Assembly: GCA_951406725.2 (NCBI GenBank)
Contig: OX597814.1
Location: 193,874,001 to 193,938,000 of the forward strand
Source of the DNA: Octopus vulgaris
Lineage: Eukaryota
Reading direction: 5' to 3'
DNA length: 64,000 nt
Position numbers and translations under genes: made by a program. The notes under the pieces were generated by a model, which saw nothing but the letters and a program-made list of their open reading frames with translations, was not told where the DNA came from and made no database searches. This document shows positions 1 to 13,359 of this stretch, in pieces. Positions within the stretch are counted from its first letter, which is position 1; each line of letters begins with the position of its first letter.

Positions 1-61
<61 letters not shown>

Positions 62-63
<2 letters not shown>

Positions 64-228
64 TACGACGGGCTTCTTTTGAGTTTTCGTCTACCAAATC
101 CACTCACAAGGCTTTGGTCGGCCCGAGGCTATAGTAGAAGACACTTGCCCAAAGTGCCATGCAGTGGGACTGAACCCAGAACCACGTGGTTGGTAAGCAA
201 GCTACTTACTACACAGTCACTCCTGCGC
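62..228 (-). mobile_element. SINE family A (tRNA-derived, internal TA/TG microsatellite), 5' half
   Basis: Reverse complement matches the family A head seen many times in the window (ggagtggctgtgtggtaag...ggttcagtcccactgcgtggcaccttgggcaagtgtcttc). Confidence 0.85.
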
Positions 229-302
229 CTATTTGAGATCGATAAAATCAGAACCTGTTGATCCCTGGGGTCAATGTAATCGACTGGACCCTTTCCCAAA
301 AG

Positions 303-555
303 TATTGTGTTCTTGAGCAAGACACTTTATTTCGCGTTGCTCCAGTCCACTCAGCTGGTAAAAATGAGTAGTACCTGTAATTCAGAAGGGGTTAGCCCTG
401 TCACATTCTGTGTCAGGCTGAATCTCCTTCAGAACTACGTAAAGGGTATGTGCGTCTACGGAGTACTCAGCCACTTGCACACTAATATCGCAAGAAGGTT
501 GTTCGGTTGCTCGTATCAACTGGAACTCTCGTCGTCGTAACCGACGGAGAGCCAG
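303..555 (+). mobile_element. SINE family B, body and tail
   Basis: ttgtgttcttgagcaagacactt...gctgaatctcc...ctcgtcgtcgtaaccgacggag; homologous to copies at 4045, 22512 and 35843. Confidence 0.8.
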
Positions 556-853
556 GCAGTTTGAAATTAAGTAGTGGTCATGGTTAGAACGCTTTGATCA
601 TAGGTTTGCTAGATCAGAATTAGCCTATGGCTAAACAGCTACACCAACATCATCACCGTTGTCAACCCCCCGCCACCACCACACCCACTTCAGTCACTAC
701 TGCTACCATCACCACCACATCCATCACCACCACTATTATAATCACCGGTATCATCATAATCATCATCACCGCCATCTCTCCGCAATCACCACCATCCTAC
801 AAGACGTTTTCCCGACTCAATGAAAGTAAATTATCTTTGCTCTCTCTAACCCA

Positions 854-903
854 TTAATTCCCCATTAATTTCCCATTCATTTCCCATTAATTTCCCATTA
901 ATT
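854..903. repeat. Short tandem repeat, ~13-bp unit (cccattaattt-like) x4
   Basis: Directly visible tandem units. Confidence 0.7.
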
Positions 904-1142
904 CAACCATCTAAAATACACCTCATTTTATAGTCAATAACTTTCACATAATTTACTGAGAGTGCGCACACATATATACACATGCATAAATACAATACAC
1001 GCACATACGCACACATACACGCACGTATGCACACATTGTTGCTATCACTGCGGCTTAGAGCTTGTAACGGAGGCGGCATTATATTGTCGCTCACCCTTGC
1101 TAGAAATAGCAACCAAATTTCCTTCAGATCACATTTTGACGT

Positions 1143-1515
1143 GTTTTCCTAACCACATGGTTCTGGGTTCAATTCCACTGCGTGGCACCTTGGGCAAGTG
1201 TCTTCTACTGTAGCCTCGGGCCGACCAAAGCCTTGTGAGTGGATTTGGTAGACGGAAACTGAAAGAAGCCCATCGTATATATGTATATATATATGTGTGT
1301 GTGTGTGTGCGTGTGCGTGTGCGTGCGTGTGTGTGTGTGTGTGTGTGTGTGTCTGCTTGACAACCGATGCTGGTGTGTTTACGTCCCCGTAACTTAGCGG
1401 CTCAGCAAAAGTGAGCGATAGAATACTAGGCTTACAGAGAACAAGTCCTGGGATCGATTTGCTCGACTAAAGGCGATGCTCCAGCATGGGCGTAGTCAAA
1501 TGACTGAAACAAGTG
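1143..1515 (+). mobile_element. SINE family A
   Basis: B-box-like ggttcaattcc, ccttgggcaagtgtctt, internal (TA)/(TG) tract, 3' tail aaatgactgaaacaagt. Confidence 0.9.
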
Positions 1516-1992
1516 AAGAGAGTATCAACAACAACGCAAAATATTCTGTCAAAATTGCTTTACATACAATATCCATTTAGCCCGTGTTTTCGAATCGATG
1601 GTTTCCTCACGGATCGCACTATTGTGAGGGCCCCGACTAAAACCCTTCAAGGCGATGCCCCAATATGTTCGCAGTCCAATGATACAAACAAGTAAAAGAT
1701 AAAAGATAAACACACACACACACACACACAGAGATTCACGCACATTCATACATAGCTGGACAAATATGTTGCATCACACGCATACTTCACATTGCATGCA
1801 TTACAAAGAAAGATACACACACCACTAAAAGCAACCCAACAAAAACAGTCAGTCGATAATAGACAAGAACGGAAAGAGATAAAGGGAAGTTATTTAATAA
1901 TTAGTAGTATAAACGTGTGCCACTTGTCCTACAACAGTCAGTCCACCTGTGTGTTGATACATCTATACATACATACATGATTACGCACATAC

Positions 1993-2060
1993 GTATGTAT
2001 GTATGTATGTATGTATGTATGTATGTATGTATGTATGTATGTATGTATGTATATATATAT

Positions 2061-2093
<33 letters not shown>

Positions 2094-2238
2094 CACACAC
2101 GCACATATATGTATATATATATGTGTCTATATATATATACACATATATATACATATATATATACATATATGTACGTGTGTGTATATGTATGTATATATAT
2201 ATATATATACATTTGTATATATTGATGCATGTATGTGT

Positions 2239-2328
<90 letters not shown>

Positions 2329-2490
2329 GTATGTATACATACATATATATATATATATACATACATATATATATACATATATACGCATGTATCTATATGC
2401 AAGTATATACACATACACACATATACATTCATGTATATATATATATATTTATATTAAACATGTTTTATACACACACACACACACACACAT
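1993..2490. repeat. Compound microsatellite (TATG)n/(TA)n/(CA)n
   Basis: Directly visible. Confidence 0.95.
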
Positions 2491-3104
2491 GTTAGAGAGG
2501 GATGGTGGAGAGAGGGTAGAGAAAGAGATTTTACGCTGCTGTACGTACAGCCGATGTTTAATTTGGAATTTAAACGAGAAAGTTCATCAAACAGAGCTGT
2601 AAGCAACGAAGCAACTTTTCATTGGCAACTTCGCCGACATTTAATATGTTCCAGCGTTGATTTGTTTACAATCTCGAACGAATTTCTAATGTTAATTTTC
2701 TCAGTCGTAACCGTACATGTTTCTTCTTGCCATAGACACACAGAAATATATTAACTCAAAACGTTAGATGCATGTACAGACCCGTGCCTTTTGCAAACAT
2801 TAAGCTGTGTATATTTATTTTGGAAAGGGGAAAAAATCCTTCTTTTATTACAGATTTTCGTGATATATGTGTGAACAAGGGCTTCTCAAAACATCGTTTT
2901 TTGCCTTGTCCTTTTCTCTGATTATTTGATTTAGTTTAATTCTTTTTATTCTTTTCATTTACGCCATGTATGTCTCGCTCATTATATACATATTCTTCCC
3001 TTTAAATTATTCTATTAACATACTTTGGAATAAATCAGAGGGTTCCTGTTTCTCTATCAATAAAAGGCGCAGCTCCGCCATCTTTCCCTTTCTCACTCTC
3101 ATGC

Positions 3105-3245
3105 CGGTTTCACATTTTGGCACAAGGCCAGCAATTTCGAAGGAGGGGGTAAGTCTATTACATCGACCCCAGTGTTCAACTGGTACTTATTTAATCGACC
3201 CCGAACGGATGAAAGGCAAAGTCGACCTCGGCGGAATTTGAACTC
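3105..3245 (-). mobile_element. SINE family C, 3' part
   Basis: ggtacttatttaatcgaccccgaa...ggatgaaaggcaaagtcgacctcggcggaatttgaactc, shared with many copies. Confidence 0.85.
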
Positions 3246-3480
3246 ACACACACACACATATTCCATAACTACCACCTCTGGAGAGTGCACGGTTACATAA
3301 TCAGACTGTTACCTAACACTCCGTTGAACCTCTAGTACGAAACCGATCGGTTAGATCGGCTGTAATGGATATATAATACCATACACTTCCATTAATATAT
3401 CCACTCTACTTACAAATATACGAGTGCATTTTTTCCTGACTTATGAACTCTTAGACGGCTATATATATAATTATATATAG

Positions 3481-3680
3481 ATCGGTAGCCACTACACACA
3501 TTTTCTTTTCTCTCCTTGCTTCTCTCCTTGTTTTTTTCTGTGTTCCTTTTCTGTAGAAGAGCGTAGGCTCGAAACGTAAAAGACTTTTTCTATTCCTGAG
3601 CGTTATACTAATACATCTGTTTGTTTTGTACACCACCTATCTGTCTTCGTCTTTTGTTTTTTTCGCGAACTCTCCCCATA
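3481..3680 (+). mobile_element. Penelope-like terminal-repeat fragment with minimal hammerhead-like motif
   Basis: ctttt-CTGTAGAA-gagc gtag gctc-GAAA-cg-TA-aaag; same ~200-bp family at ~17960-18168 (+) and ~31360-31548 (-). Confidence 0.6.
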
Positions 3681-3714
3681 TATATATATATATATGTATG
3701 TATGTATGTATGTA

Positions 3715-3878
3715 TATACCATGGGCTTCTGCACAGTTTTCATTTGCCAAATTCACTCACAAATTACTGGTCGGTCCAAGGTTATATACTAGAAGACTTT
3801 TGCCTCAAGTTCCGCGCAGTGGGACCAAACCTGAAACCAAGAGGCTGCAAATCAAGCTTCTTAACAATATAGCCGTGT
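3715..3878 (-). mobile_element. SINE family A, diverged 5' half
   Basis: Homology to the family A head on the minus strand. Confidence 0.75.
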
Positions 3879-4044
3879 TAAAAGAATGTTACATCTGAAT
3901 TTGGACGCCATATTAACTCTTATATTAAATTTAAATCTGGACTCTTTTGTTTATTTAAAGGTAATGATATTGGCGGAGGAAACTTATATTTCCAGTCTCT
4001 TTCACAGAGCATGACACTGTTAGTGGAAACCTGATTGAATGTAG

Positions 4045-4340
4045 ACTGGCATTCCGTCGGTTTCGACGACGATTGTTCCAGGTGATCCGATCAATGGAAC
4101 AGCTGGTTCGTAAAACGTGCACGTGTACCCTTAACGTAGTTCTCAGGGAGTTTCAGCGTAACACAAAATGCGACATGGCTGGCCCTTTGAAATACAAGTG
4201 CTGCCTATTCTTCCTAGCTGAATGAACTGGAACAGCGTGAAATAAAATGTCTTGCTGAAGAACACAACGTGACGCCGAAAATTGAACTCATGACCTTACA
4301 ACTGCGAGCCGATTACCCTAACCACTAAGCCACACTCCTC
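4045..4340 (-). mobile_element. SINE family B, near full length (tRNA-like head)
   Basis: Minus-strand head gtggcttagtggttagggtaatcggctcgc...gagttcaatt (A/B boxes) followed by B body and tail. Confidence 0.85.
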
Positions 4341-5067
4341 CTCTGATTAGATATAATACTTGTTCGTTTTTTTATTTTGCTGTTTTTTTCTTGTCGAAAG
4401 AATGTGTACAGATTGCATTTTAAAAATGTTCAGTGGTTCTTCGTTTATTGATGTTTAGAAAGATGTACTGCTGTTAATCAAAACAGAACCAATTATAGTA
4501 AAATTTTGTAATGTTTTTAGTGCTGTGAAACTGAATGGCTTTTCAATTACCAACCATATTTGATGGCAGAAAAGACATATGGGTATATTTGGCACTCCCG
4601 AATTTCGACAGCGCATATTCATGAAATAAAGTTTTTATTGCATTAAAGCATGTAATATAGGTCCAACATCGCACAGAGGACCCAGGGTAGTTTTTTTGAA
4701 GCGTTTTTTTTCTTTGGGAAACATAGCTCATCTTATATACCATCAAATATGGCAGCGGCATTTTAGTTTGTTTGTGTGTGTGTGTGTGTGTGTCTGTCTG
4801 TCTGTGTGTGTGTTTGCGTGTGTATGTGTGTGTGTATGTGTGTGTGTGTACTATTCTTCCAATAAGCACTATAGCTTCCACCAACGTTATTTTAAACTCT
4901 TAAATCTTAACTAGCCAAATTAGATTTACCAAGCGTTCATGGGAATGGCTAAGCCTTTGTCTTAAGAAAAATAATTCAAGGACATATTGAAATTTAGGTA
5001 AGCTATGTCTGAAAAATATGACGTGATAGTCGTTGATGAAATATCTTTAATTAATCGGTCCGCTATA

Positions 5068-5290
5068 TCTATTTCATTAATACCCACAAGGGGCTAAACA
5101 CAGAGAGGACAAACAAGGGCAGACAAACGGATTAAGTCGATTATATCAACCCCATTGCGTAACTGGTACTTATTTAATCGACCCCGAAAGGACGAAAGAC
5201 AAAATCGACCTCGGCAGAATTTGAACGTAACGGTAGACGTAATACGGCTACGCATTTCGCCCGGTGTGCTAACGATTCTGCCAGCTCGTC
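5068..5290 (-). mobile_element. SINE family C, variant with alternative 3' tail
   Basis: C head and body plus tail aatccgtttgtctgcccttgtttgtcctctctgtgtttagccccttgtggg. Confidence 0.85.
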
Positions 5291-5367
5291 GATAGAAAAA
5301 AGAAGGCTTTTCTATCCGCGTAGGAGACGAACCCACATCCCTTTGTTTACGCGACTAAATGTCGAAA

Positions 5368-5419
<52 letters not shown>

Positions 5420-5444
5420 AAGTTAAATGTATGTACACATATAA

Positions 5445-5610
5445 TATGACGAGCTTCCATACAGTTTCCTTCCACCAAACCCACTCACAAGGCATTGGAC
5501 AGGTAGGGATTATAGTGGAAGCCATTTGCCTAAGGTGCCACGCAGTGGAACGGAACCCAACACCACGTGAATGCAAAGCGAGCTTCTTGACCTCACAACC
5601 ATGCCTGCAC
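5445..5610 (-). mobile_element. SINE family A, old 5' half
   Basis: Diverged homology to family A. Confidence 0.7.
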
Positions 5611-5727
5611 CTAAACATTTTGAGCTTGTATTGTTTTTATATTTGTTTTTCACACAACTTTAACTTGTTCTAATTTATTTAGCAATAAATGCAAAACTTT
5701 GCAACGCTTTAACTTAGCAATTTGGCA

Positions 5728-6070
5728 AAACATGAACGGCCACCTCATGAAATATTTAGAGGCGAACGGACAGCAAGAGAAATCTTCAGAGGAAGAATTC
5801 TCGGCAAGCAAGTGTTTCGGACCGTTAATTCCTCGCATTCTAAGGGAACTAGTCCCACCCTAGTCACAATTCTTAGGCATCCTCCTGCTGTTTTCCAAAA
5901 GCTGCCTTCAGTAGGGATTGAATCCGAAACATTTCCCAGTAGCAAGGTTATCTCTATAAAAACATGAACGTCCACACCAGAAAATATTTAGGGCAATCGA
6001 ACAGCAAGTGTTTCAGACTGTTAATTCCTGGCACTCCATGAGAACTGGACCCACCCAAATCATGAATATC

Positions 6071-6128
<58 letters not shown>

Positions 6129-6600
6129 GATATATTCGATGGGATTCTGCACAGTTTTCATCTGCCAAATTCACTCACAAATCACTGGTCGGTCCAAGGT
6201 TATATAGCAGAAGGCTTTTACCCCAGGTTCCGCGCAGTGTGACTAAATCTGAAACCAAGAGGCTGCAAATCAAGCTCCTTAACCATACAGCATCTTCCTG
6301 CTGCTTTTCAAATGCTGCCTTCAGTAGGGATTGAATCCGGAACGTTTGGGTGATATTATTTCCCAGTAGCAAGGTCATCTATATAAAAAGATGAGCGTCC
6401 ACACTAGAAAATATTTAGAGCAATCGGACAACAAGTGTTTCGGGCCGTTTATTCCTGGCACTCCATGAGAAGTGGACCTACCCATGTCACGACTCCTAGG
6501 CATCCTCCGACAATTTTTCAAAAGCTGGCTTCAGTAGGGATTGAATCCGAAACGTTTAGGTGATATTATCCTCAAGTAGCAAGGTCATCTCTATACAAAC
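5728..6600. repeat. Tandem repeat, ~3 copies of a ~205-235-bp unit, second copy interrupted by a SINE A fragment
   Basis: cttcagtagggattgaatccg, gtagcaaggt(t/c)atct and aaatatttag recur three times at regular spacing. Confidence 0.85.
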
Positions 6601-6879
6601 TCCGCCATCTTCATGTTTCTTTGTTTCCCTTATTCCTTTCACTCTCAACATTATCCGCCATCCGATCTTGACTCCGTCCTTCCCCTACGCCCTCCCTTTA
6701 TCACAGTTTCTTGTTCTACCCTTTTCCATCTAATCTACCCTTGTCCTTTCTTTTGACTTTGCTTCTTCTATTTCTAACCCCTACCCTTATCTCCCTTCTC
6801 ATTGCCGTTGCTCCCACCCGTCTTCACTTCTCTTAGCAATTGTTCTCGCCACTATCTTCTCATTCATCACATCATTACT

Positions 6880-7641
6880 TCACTCCGGGATGAGTAGCTT
6901 CATCACCATCACCAACACCATAACACACAACATCATCACTATCACTACCATTATCACCACAACCACCGCCGCTGCTACCACCACTACCGCCCCCAACACC
7001 ACCACCACCACTACAATAACATCCAACATCATCACAATCATTACCATTATCCCCCCACCACCACCACAACAACAACACCCAACACCCACCACCACTACCA
7101 CAACAACACCCACCACCACTACCACAACCACCACCACCACATCATCCAGCCCTATGATATGCATCACAGCCGGTACATCCACCACCGCAACCATCATCAC
7201 CATCACTACTCCTACCACTACCACACCAGGCTTATCGCAATATACTCCACCACCACCGCCACCACTACATTCAACACCACCACTATCACCACTTGAATCG
7301 TCACCACTTGAATCCCCAACCTATTCCGGGCCCCTAAATCCGCTACCATTGCTACCATTATACCCACCACTACCACTACATCGGTCTACACTACTATCAC
7401 CACTGCCATCGCCACCACCAACATCAACACCACCACCACCACTACCTCTTCAACCACCATCATCACCATCATCATTACTAATACTCTGCAATCTACTACT
7501 ACTACCGCACGTACCAATATTACGCCCCCTCTATCACCACTAGTTTTACAACCGCCCCTACTATCACTACTACCACTACCACCCCCACCGCCACCATCGT
7601 TACCACCTAACAATAACTGCACCTTCATCCACATACTTCCG

Positions 7642-7708
<67 letters not shown>

Positions 7709-7800
7709 CACATCACATCCCTACCGTCCTCACCGTCATCACCACCACCAATAACAACAACCTATCACCACCACCATTACCCTATCCCCTACCATTACCG
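6880..7800. repeat. Degenerate (ACC)n/(ACT)n/(ATC)n triplet microsatellite region
   Basis: Directly visible; pure (CTA)n at ~7642-7707. Confidence 0.9.
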
Positions 7801-8273
7801 CCTGGTCCCCTATTTCCTCTCTCCAGAGATGTTGTATAACTATTTCTTCAGAAGATAAATCTCCAGCACTGAACGTTATTCGGAAACTTCTTTTTGTTTT
7901 CTCTTTGTAGTTTTCTTTTACCCTTAGTCTAAGACTCCGTCTATGTCTCTCCATTTATCTCACTTCCCTATTTTCCTCCTTCTCTCTCTCTCATCGTCTC
8001 TCACTATATATGTGTGTGTGTGTATATATAAAAGAAATAATTGAAATTCAGGTTGAATTAGGTACATAAGTTGAAGCACCAAGTCATTCTGGTATTATCT
8101 GCACAGCTCGAAGTAAGGTGAATAAAATCAAAACAAGCAACATGATGTTAATAAGTGATTCAGTACGACCGTTTCTAGCGATTCCATTTAATTGAACAAT
8201 CCAATCATTACATCAATTTAAATGCAGGGCTGTCATCAGCTGTGCAAATAAAGAGAACTTTAATCAGTTGTAC

Positions 8274-8632
8274 AAGGCACTCCGTAGGTTACGACGACGA
8301 GGGTTTCAGCCTGCTCGTAATGTTAACGTGCAAGTGGTTGAGCACTCTACAGACACGTGTACCCTTAACGTAGTACTCGGGGAGATTCAGCGTGACACAG
8401 AGAGTGACAAGGCTGGCACTTTGAAATACAGGTACAACAGAAATAGAAAGAAAGAGTGAGAGAAAGTTGTAGTGAAAGAGTGGAGCAGGGTTCGCCACCA
8501 ACCCCTGCCGGGGCCTCGTGGAGCCTTAGGCGTTTCGCTCAATAAACACTCACAATGCCCAGTCTGGGAATCGAAACCGCGATCCTACGACCGCGAGTTC
8601 GCCGCCTTAACCAGTGGTCCATTGCGCCTCCA
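8274..8632 (-). mobile_element. SINE: family D head and body joined to family B tail
   Basis: Minus strand begins ggaggcgcaatgg...ggtttcgattcccagac (tRNA-like), then after actttctctcactctttc continues into the B tail (gtacctgtatttcaaag...cgtcgtcgtaac). Confidence 0.85.
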
Positions 8633-8669
8633 CACACATACATACACACACACACACAAACATATATAT

Positions 8670-8787
8670 GTCGTAAGATCGAGGTTTCGACTCCCAGACT
8701 GCGTATTGTGTTTATTGAGCGAAGACACCTAAAACTCCACGAGGGTCCGGCAGGGGGTGGTGGCGAACCTTGCTGTACTCTCTCTCT

Positions 8788-8790
<3 letters not shown>
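8670..8790 (+). mobile_element. SINE family D fragment
   Basis: ggtttcgactcccagac...tttattgagcgaagacacctaaa...ggcagggggtggtggcgaac. Confidence 0.8.
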
Positions 8791-8849
<59 letters not shown>

Positions 8850-9084
8850 TTATCTTGATGCTTTACGGTGGTTTATTTAGGACTTTAACTCTTATTTCTA
8901 GCAGGTTGATGCTTTTCTGCATCCTTACGCTTCGTGCTGATTTATAATTTATAGCTAAATAATGCTTTTTGCCTGCGAACCACATATGTTGCTACTGTTG
9001 ATACCATCAATTAAAATTTTCCCACATATGATATTCACAGTAGTAACATCTTATTTCAAACCTTAGTGTTTGAATGTTTTGTTC

Positions 9085-9130
<46 letters not shown>

Positions 9131-9134
9131 AATT

Positions 9135-9169
9135 AATCATCATCCCTTACAGCTGTTTCAATTAAAACT

Positions 9170-9223
<54 letters not shown>

Positions 9224-9254
9224 TTAATTGAAACTGCTGTAAGGGATGATGATT
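9135..9254. repeat. Inverted repeat, 34-bp arms around (TA)n
   Basis: aatcatcatcccttacagctgtttcaattaaaac (9135-9168) versus gttttaattgaaactgctgtaagggatgatgatt (9221-9254). Confidence 0.85.
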
Positions 9255-9269
9255 GATTTGTTAATAATG

Positions 9270-9490
9270 TTTTCTGCTCTAAGTAAGTACAAGGCCCGAA
9301 ATTTTCAGGGTGGGGGCCAGTCGATTAGATCGATCCCCAGTACGCAACTGGTACTTAATTTATCGACTCCGAAAGAATGAAAGGCAAAGTCGACCTCGGC
9401 GGAATTTGAACTCAGAACGTAACGGCAGACGAAATATCGCTAAGCATTTCGCCCGGCGTGCTAACTTTTCTGCCAGCTCACCGCCTTGAT
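9270..9490 (-). mobile_element. SINE family C, full length
   Basis: Minus head aaggcggtgagctggcagaaaagttagcacgccgggcgaaatgc...gagttcaaattcc; tail atttcgggccttgtac. Confidence 0.9.
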
Positions 9491-9873
9491 TTGTTATTAA
9501 TAATTAACAATTATTAACTTCCCAGTCGCCAATTTCCTTTTCTTCTTTCATATGAATATAAACTATATGTTTATGGTGAAACTACTTTTTTCGTTTTCTG
9601 AAAAAGCAACGTTTTGGACTCACACCACTTTAGCTTAATAGCAACAATACATATACACCTATGTATATTTGAAAAAATGAGTAGAGATGTCTTTGGTTGG
9701 GAAATAATTTTTCTTTTACGGCTATTTGGAACTTGAAACTTATACCAGAGTCACTCACTGTAAGCATTATTAAAATTAAAATTATGACCCCCGCCCACCA
9801 CCCAAAAAAGAAAGCCATCTGTACTCATTTTTGCAAATATATAATACTGTACCATGAACTTTCCTCTTTTATT

Positions 9874-9921
<48 letters not shown>

Positions 9922-10152
9922 ATAATGGTGTCATTGAGACCCAGAGGTGTCAGGTAATGCTGACTATGACTATGGCAACTAACTATGACTTAATTTTTCC
10001 TCTCACACCGTCTCCGATCAAGGGATATTATTATTAATCAATATTCTAGAAACAGCTGTAAGACCTTCTATCTATAAATGCTCTAATATCTATACAGCCT
10101 TGATTTTTTTATCTCATTACGCAAAAAGTTTTTTAATCTCATTAAAAAATTC

Positions 10153-10192
<40 letters not shown>

Positions 10193-10839
10193 AATGGGCT
10201 AAAAGAAATAGCTCACAAATTATCAGCGGCATGTATTTGAAAAACGTAGATAAATACAGGAATATCAAGTACCAAACAACAAAAACTCTTCGTAAAATAA
10301 AGTCATCTCCACCTCTAGAGGATGTGTCATAATTACCAGATGAAAATTAGGACCAGCTCCACATGAGAAGGGGAGATAAGCACCAGATTCAAGAAGGTCT
10401 CCAAAGCTGACTCACCATGAAGGGAAAAGGACATGCTTACTGTCTGGAGATAGACGGACAGTCGTGGAGGCGTATTTTTATCTCAATAGCCGTCATCGGC
10501 ACGACTATTGTCCAACTTTGTCTCCAGAAACCAAGGGACTTAGATTTTATGCAGAAGGAGTAGAACATGTTGATGACCAAGGTAATTTGCATAATTTAAA
10601 CAAAAATGACCTGAAAGAAACAATTCAAAGTCGTCAGTGGCATGTTTTAACAACATAGACAAGTACGAGCATATAAAAAAGAATAAAACCCACGTAACAC
10701 ATTCTTGATTTATTAAATTATCACCGCCTACATGCGTGAGTATGTGTGTGTGCGCGCGCATGTTAGATAGTATGTGTTTATGCATGTAGTTAAAAATATG
10801 CGTTTAATATGTATAAAAAGCAACGAAACACACTCACAC

Positions 10840-10898
<59 letters not shown>

Positions 10899-10899
10899 A

Positions 10900-11665
10900 T
10901 ATAACTTAGATATATTTTTACCAAAGATTGGTCGGTCCAGGCCATGTCTAACTTAATAGCACCACCTGATAGGATTATCTAAATCCTTTTTAAGTCAAGT
11001 TTTGTTTATGGTCCATTCAAGTAGTGAGTTCTGTTGAGTGAGTTGTATCCAGGTATGGATGGCTTATCTGGTATTCCTTGAAGAAAATTGTCCAGACTCC
11101 GTTTAAAGGTGATTGGATCCTTTTCCTCTTTGATCCATTTTGGGACAATGTTAAACAGGGCAGTGCCTGTTGAGGAAAAGAAATTGTGTCGCAGTGTACC
11201 TATATGTTGTGATCCTGAATTGGGCTGAAGACATATCGCCCATGGTCCCAGCTTTGGATGAACATTGACGCTAATGTTCAGGTCGTTTGGGCAATGCTGG
11301 CGGTATATTCGCCACATCGTGCAAATGATGTACCGCTCGCGGCTGTGCTGGAGAGAGTAGAGTTTCTAGGCTTTAAGGCATCCCAATAATCGAGATCAGT
11401 CATGCCCTTAATTCGTTTAGTGAATACCCTCTGGGGTGCTTCAATTTTCGAGATGGTTTGTTTTGTATGGGGAGACCACAGGGGGCAGCAGTATTCGGGG
11501 TGTGCTCGTATAAAGGAGAAGAAAAGTGGAATGATGACACCTCGTTCTCTGGACTGGAAGGTTCTTAAGATTTAGGAGCACGTTCTATGAGCTAAATCGA
11601 GCAAGCCGAAGGATTCCAGTGAGAGTTGGACCCACATCGCCAACAAACACCCAAGGAGGTCTTCG
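10900..11665 (-). mobile_element. 5'-truncated CR1-group LINE, ORF2 C-terminus plus 3' UTR (decayed)
   Basis: Minus translation ILRTFQSRERGVIIPLFFSFIRAHPEYCCPLWSPHTKQTISKIEAPQRVFTKRIKGM...LYSLQHSRERYIICTMW, the CR1/L2-type post-RT motifs; 3' end matches 40325-40690. Confidence 0.85.
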
Positions 11666-11675
11666 TACAGATAGC

Positions 11676-11751
<76 letters not shown>

Positions 11752-11925
11752 CAGATATCTATGTGTATGTGACTTTGCATCAGTGTGTTTGTCCACCCAT
11801 CATTGCTTGACGACCGGTGTTGGTGTGTTTACGTCCCCGTAACGTAGCTGTTCGGCAAAAAAGACCGATAAAATAAGTCCTGATGTCTACTATGTATACA
11901 ATTCTACTATATATATATATATATA

Positions 11926-12492
<567 letters not shown>

Positions 12493-12702
12493 GTATATAT
12501 ATATATATATATACATACACACATATGTATATATATGTATGTATACGTACGTATGTACATATATGTGTGTGTGTGTGTGTGTGTATGTGTATATATATTG
12601 TTTATGTCTATATACATATACATGGATATAGATATGTATTGTATGTAGTTTTTGTACATAAATACAGAGATATGTATATATCTTTCTCTCTCTTACAGAC
12701 AT

Positions 12703-12735
<33 letters not shown>

Positions 12736-13080
12736 CACATACATACACACATACACACACACACACACACACACGTCTCCCCACAGTCAAAAGTGATCCA
12801 GATTATCCCTGTCAGTCAGTACAGGTTGAAGTTAAGCGAGGAATTAACCTTCGTCAACTTTTATTCCACAAGTCTGGCTTCCATTACCGACAGACTTTGC
12901 GTTCTAAATAACGCAAACTTTTACACACACACACAAACACACACAAACACACACACACACATACATGTATACATAATACAGACATGTATGCTCATAAATA
13001 TGTGCGACTGTCTGTGGATATACATGCATATATATACAGACACACGCACATATGTGTGTGTGTTTGTGTGTGTGTGCGTG

Positions 13081-13116
<36 letters not shown>

Positions 13117-13181
13117 TATATGTATTTATATATCTCCACAGACACTTGCACGTATGTGTTTGAGTGTGTGTGTGAGTGTGT

Positions 13182-13227
<46 letters not shown>

Positions 13228-13359
13228 ATATGGGCCTCAGACAGCCAGGGACAAGAGAGAGAGAGGAGAGAGAGGGGAGAGAGAGAGACATTGTTAATCC
13301 CTGCATACCATCCCGCCTAAATTCTTCCCTCCAACACATTTCCAAAACACGTTTTACAT

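Noticed and set aside
1901-2602. Many YI/MYVC/HT-rich ORFs here and throughout the window
   Set aside because: Translations of (TA)n, (TATG)n and (CA)n microsatellites.
6890-7543. 217-aa Thr/Pro-rich mucin-like ORF
   Set aside because: Degenerate ACC/ACT microsatellite open in several frames and strands; no splice or domain support.
10417-10658. Complex sequence with short ORFs and a possible donor caag|gtaatt
   Set aside because: No recognisable protein motif or acceptor site.
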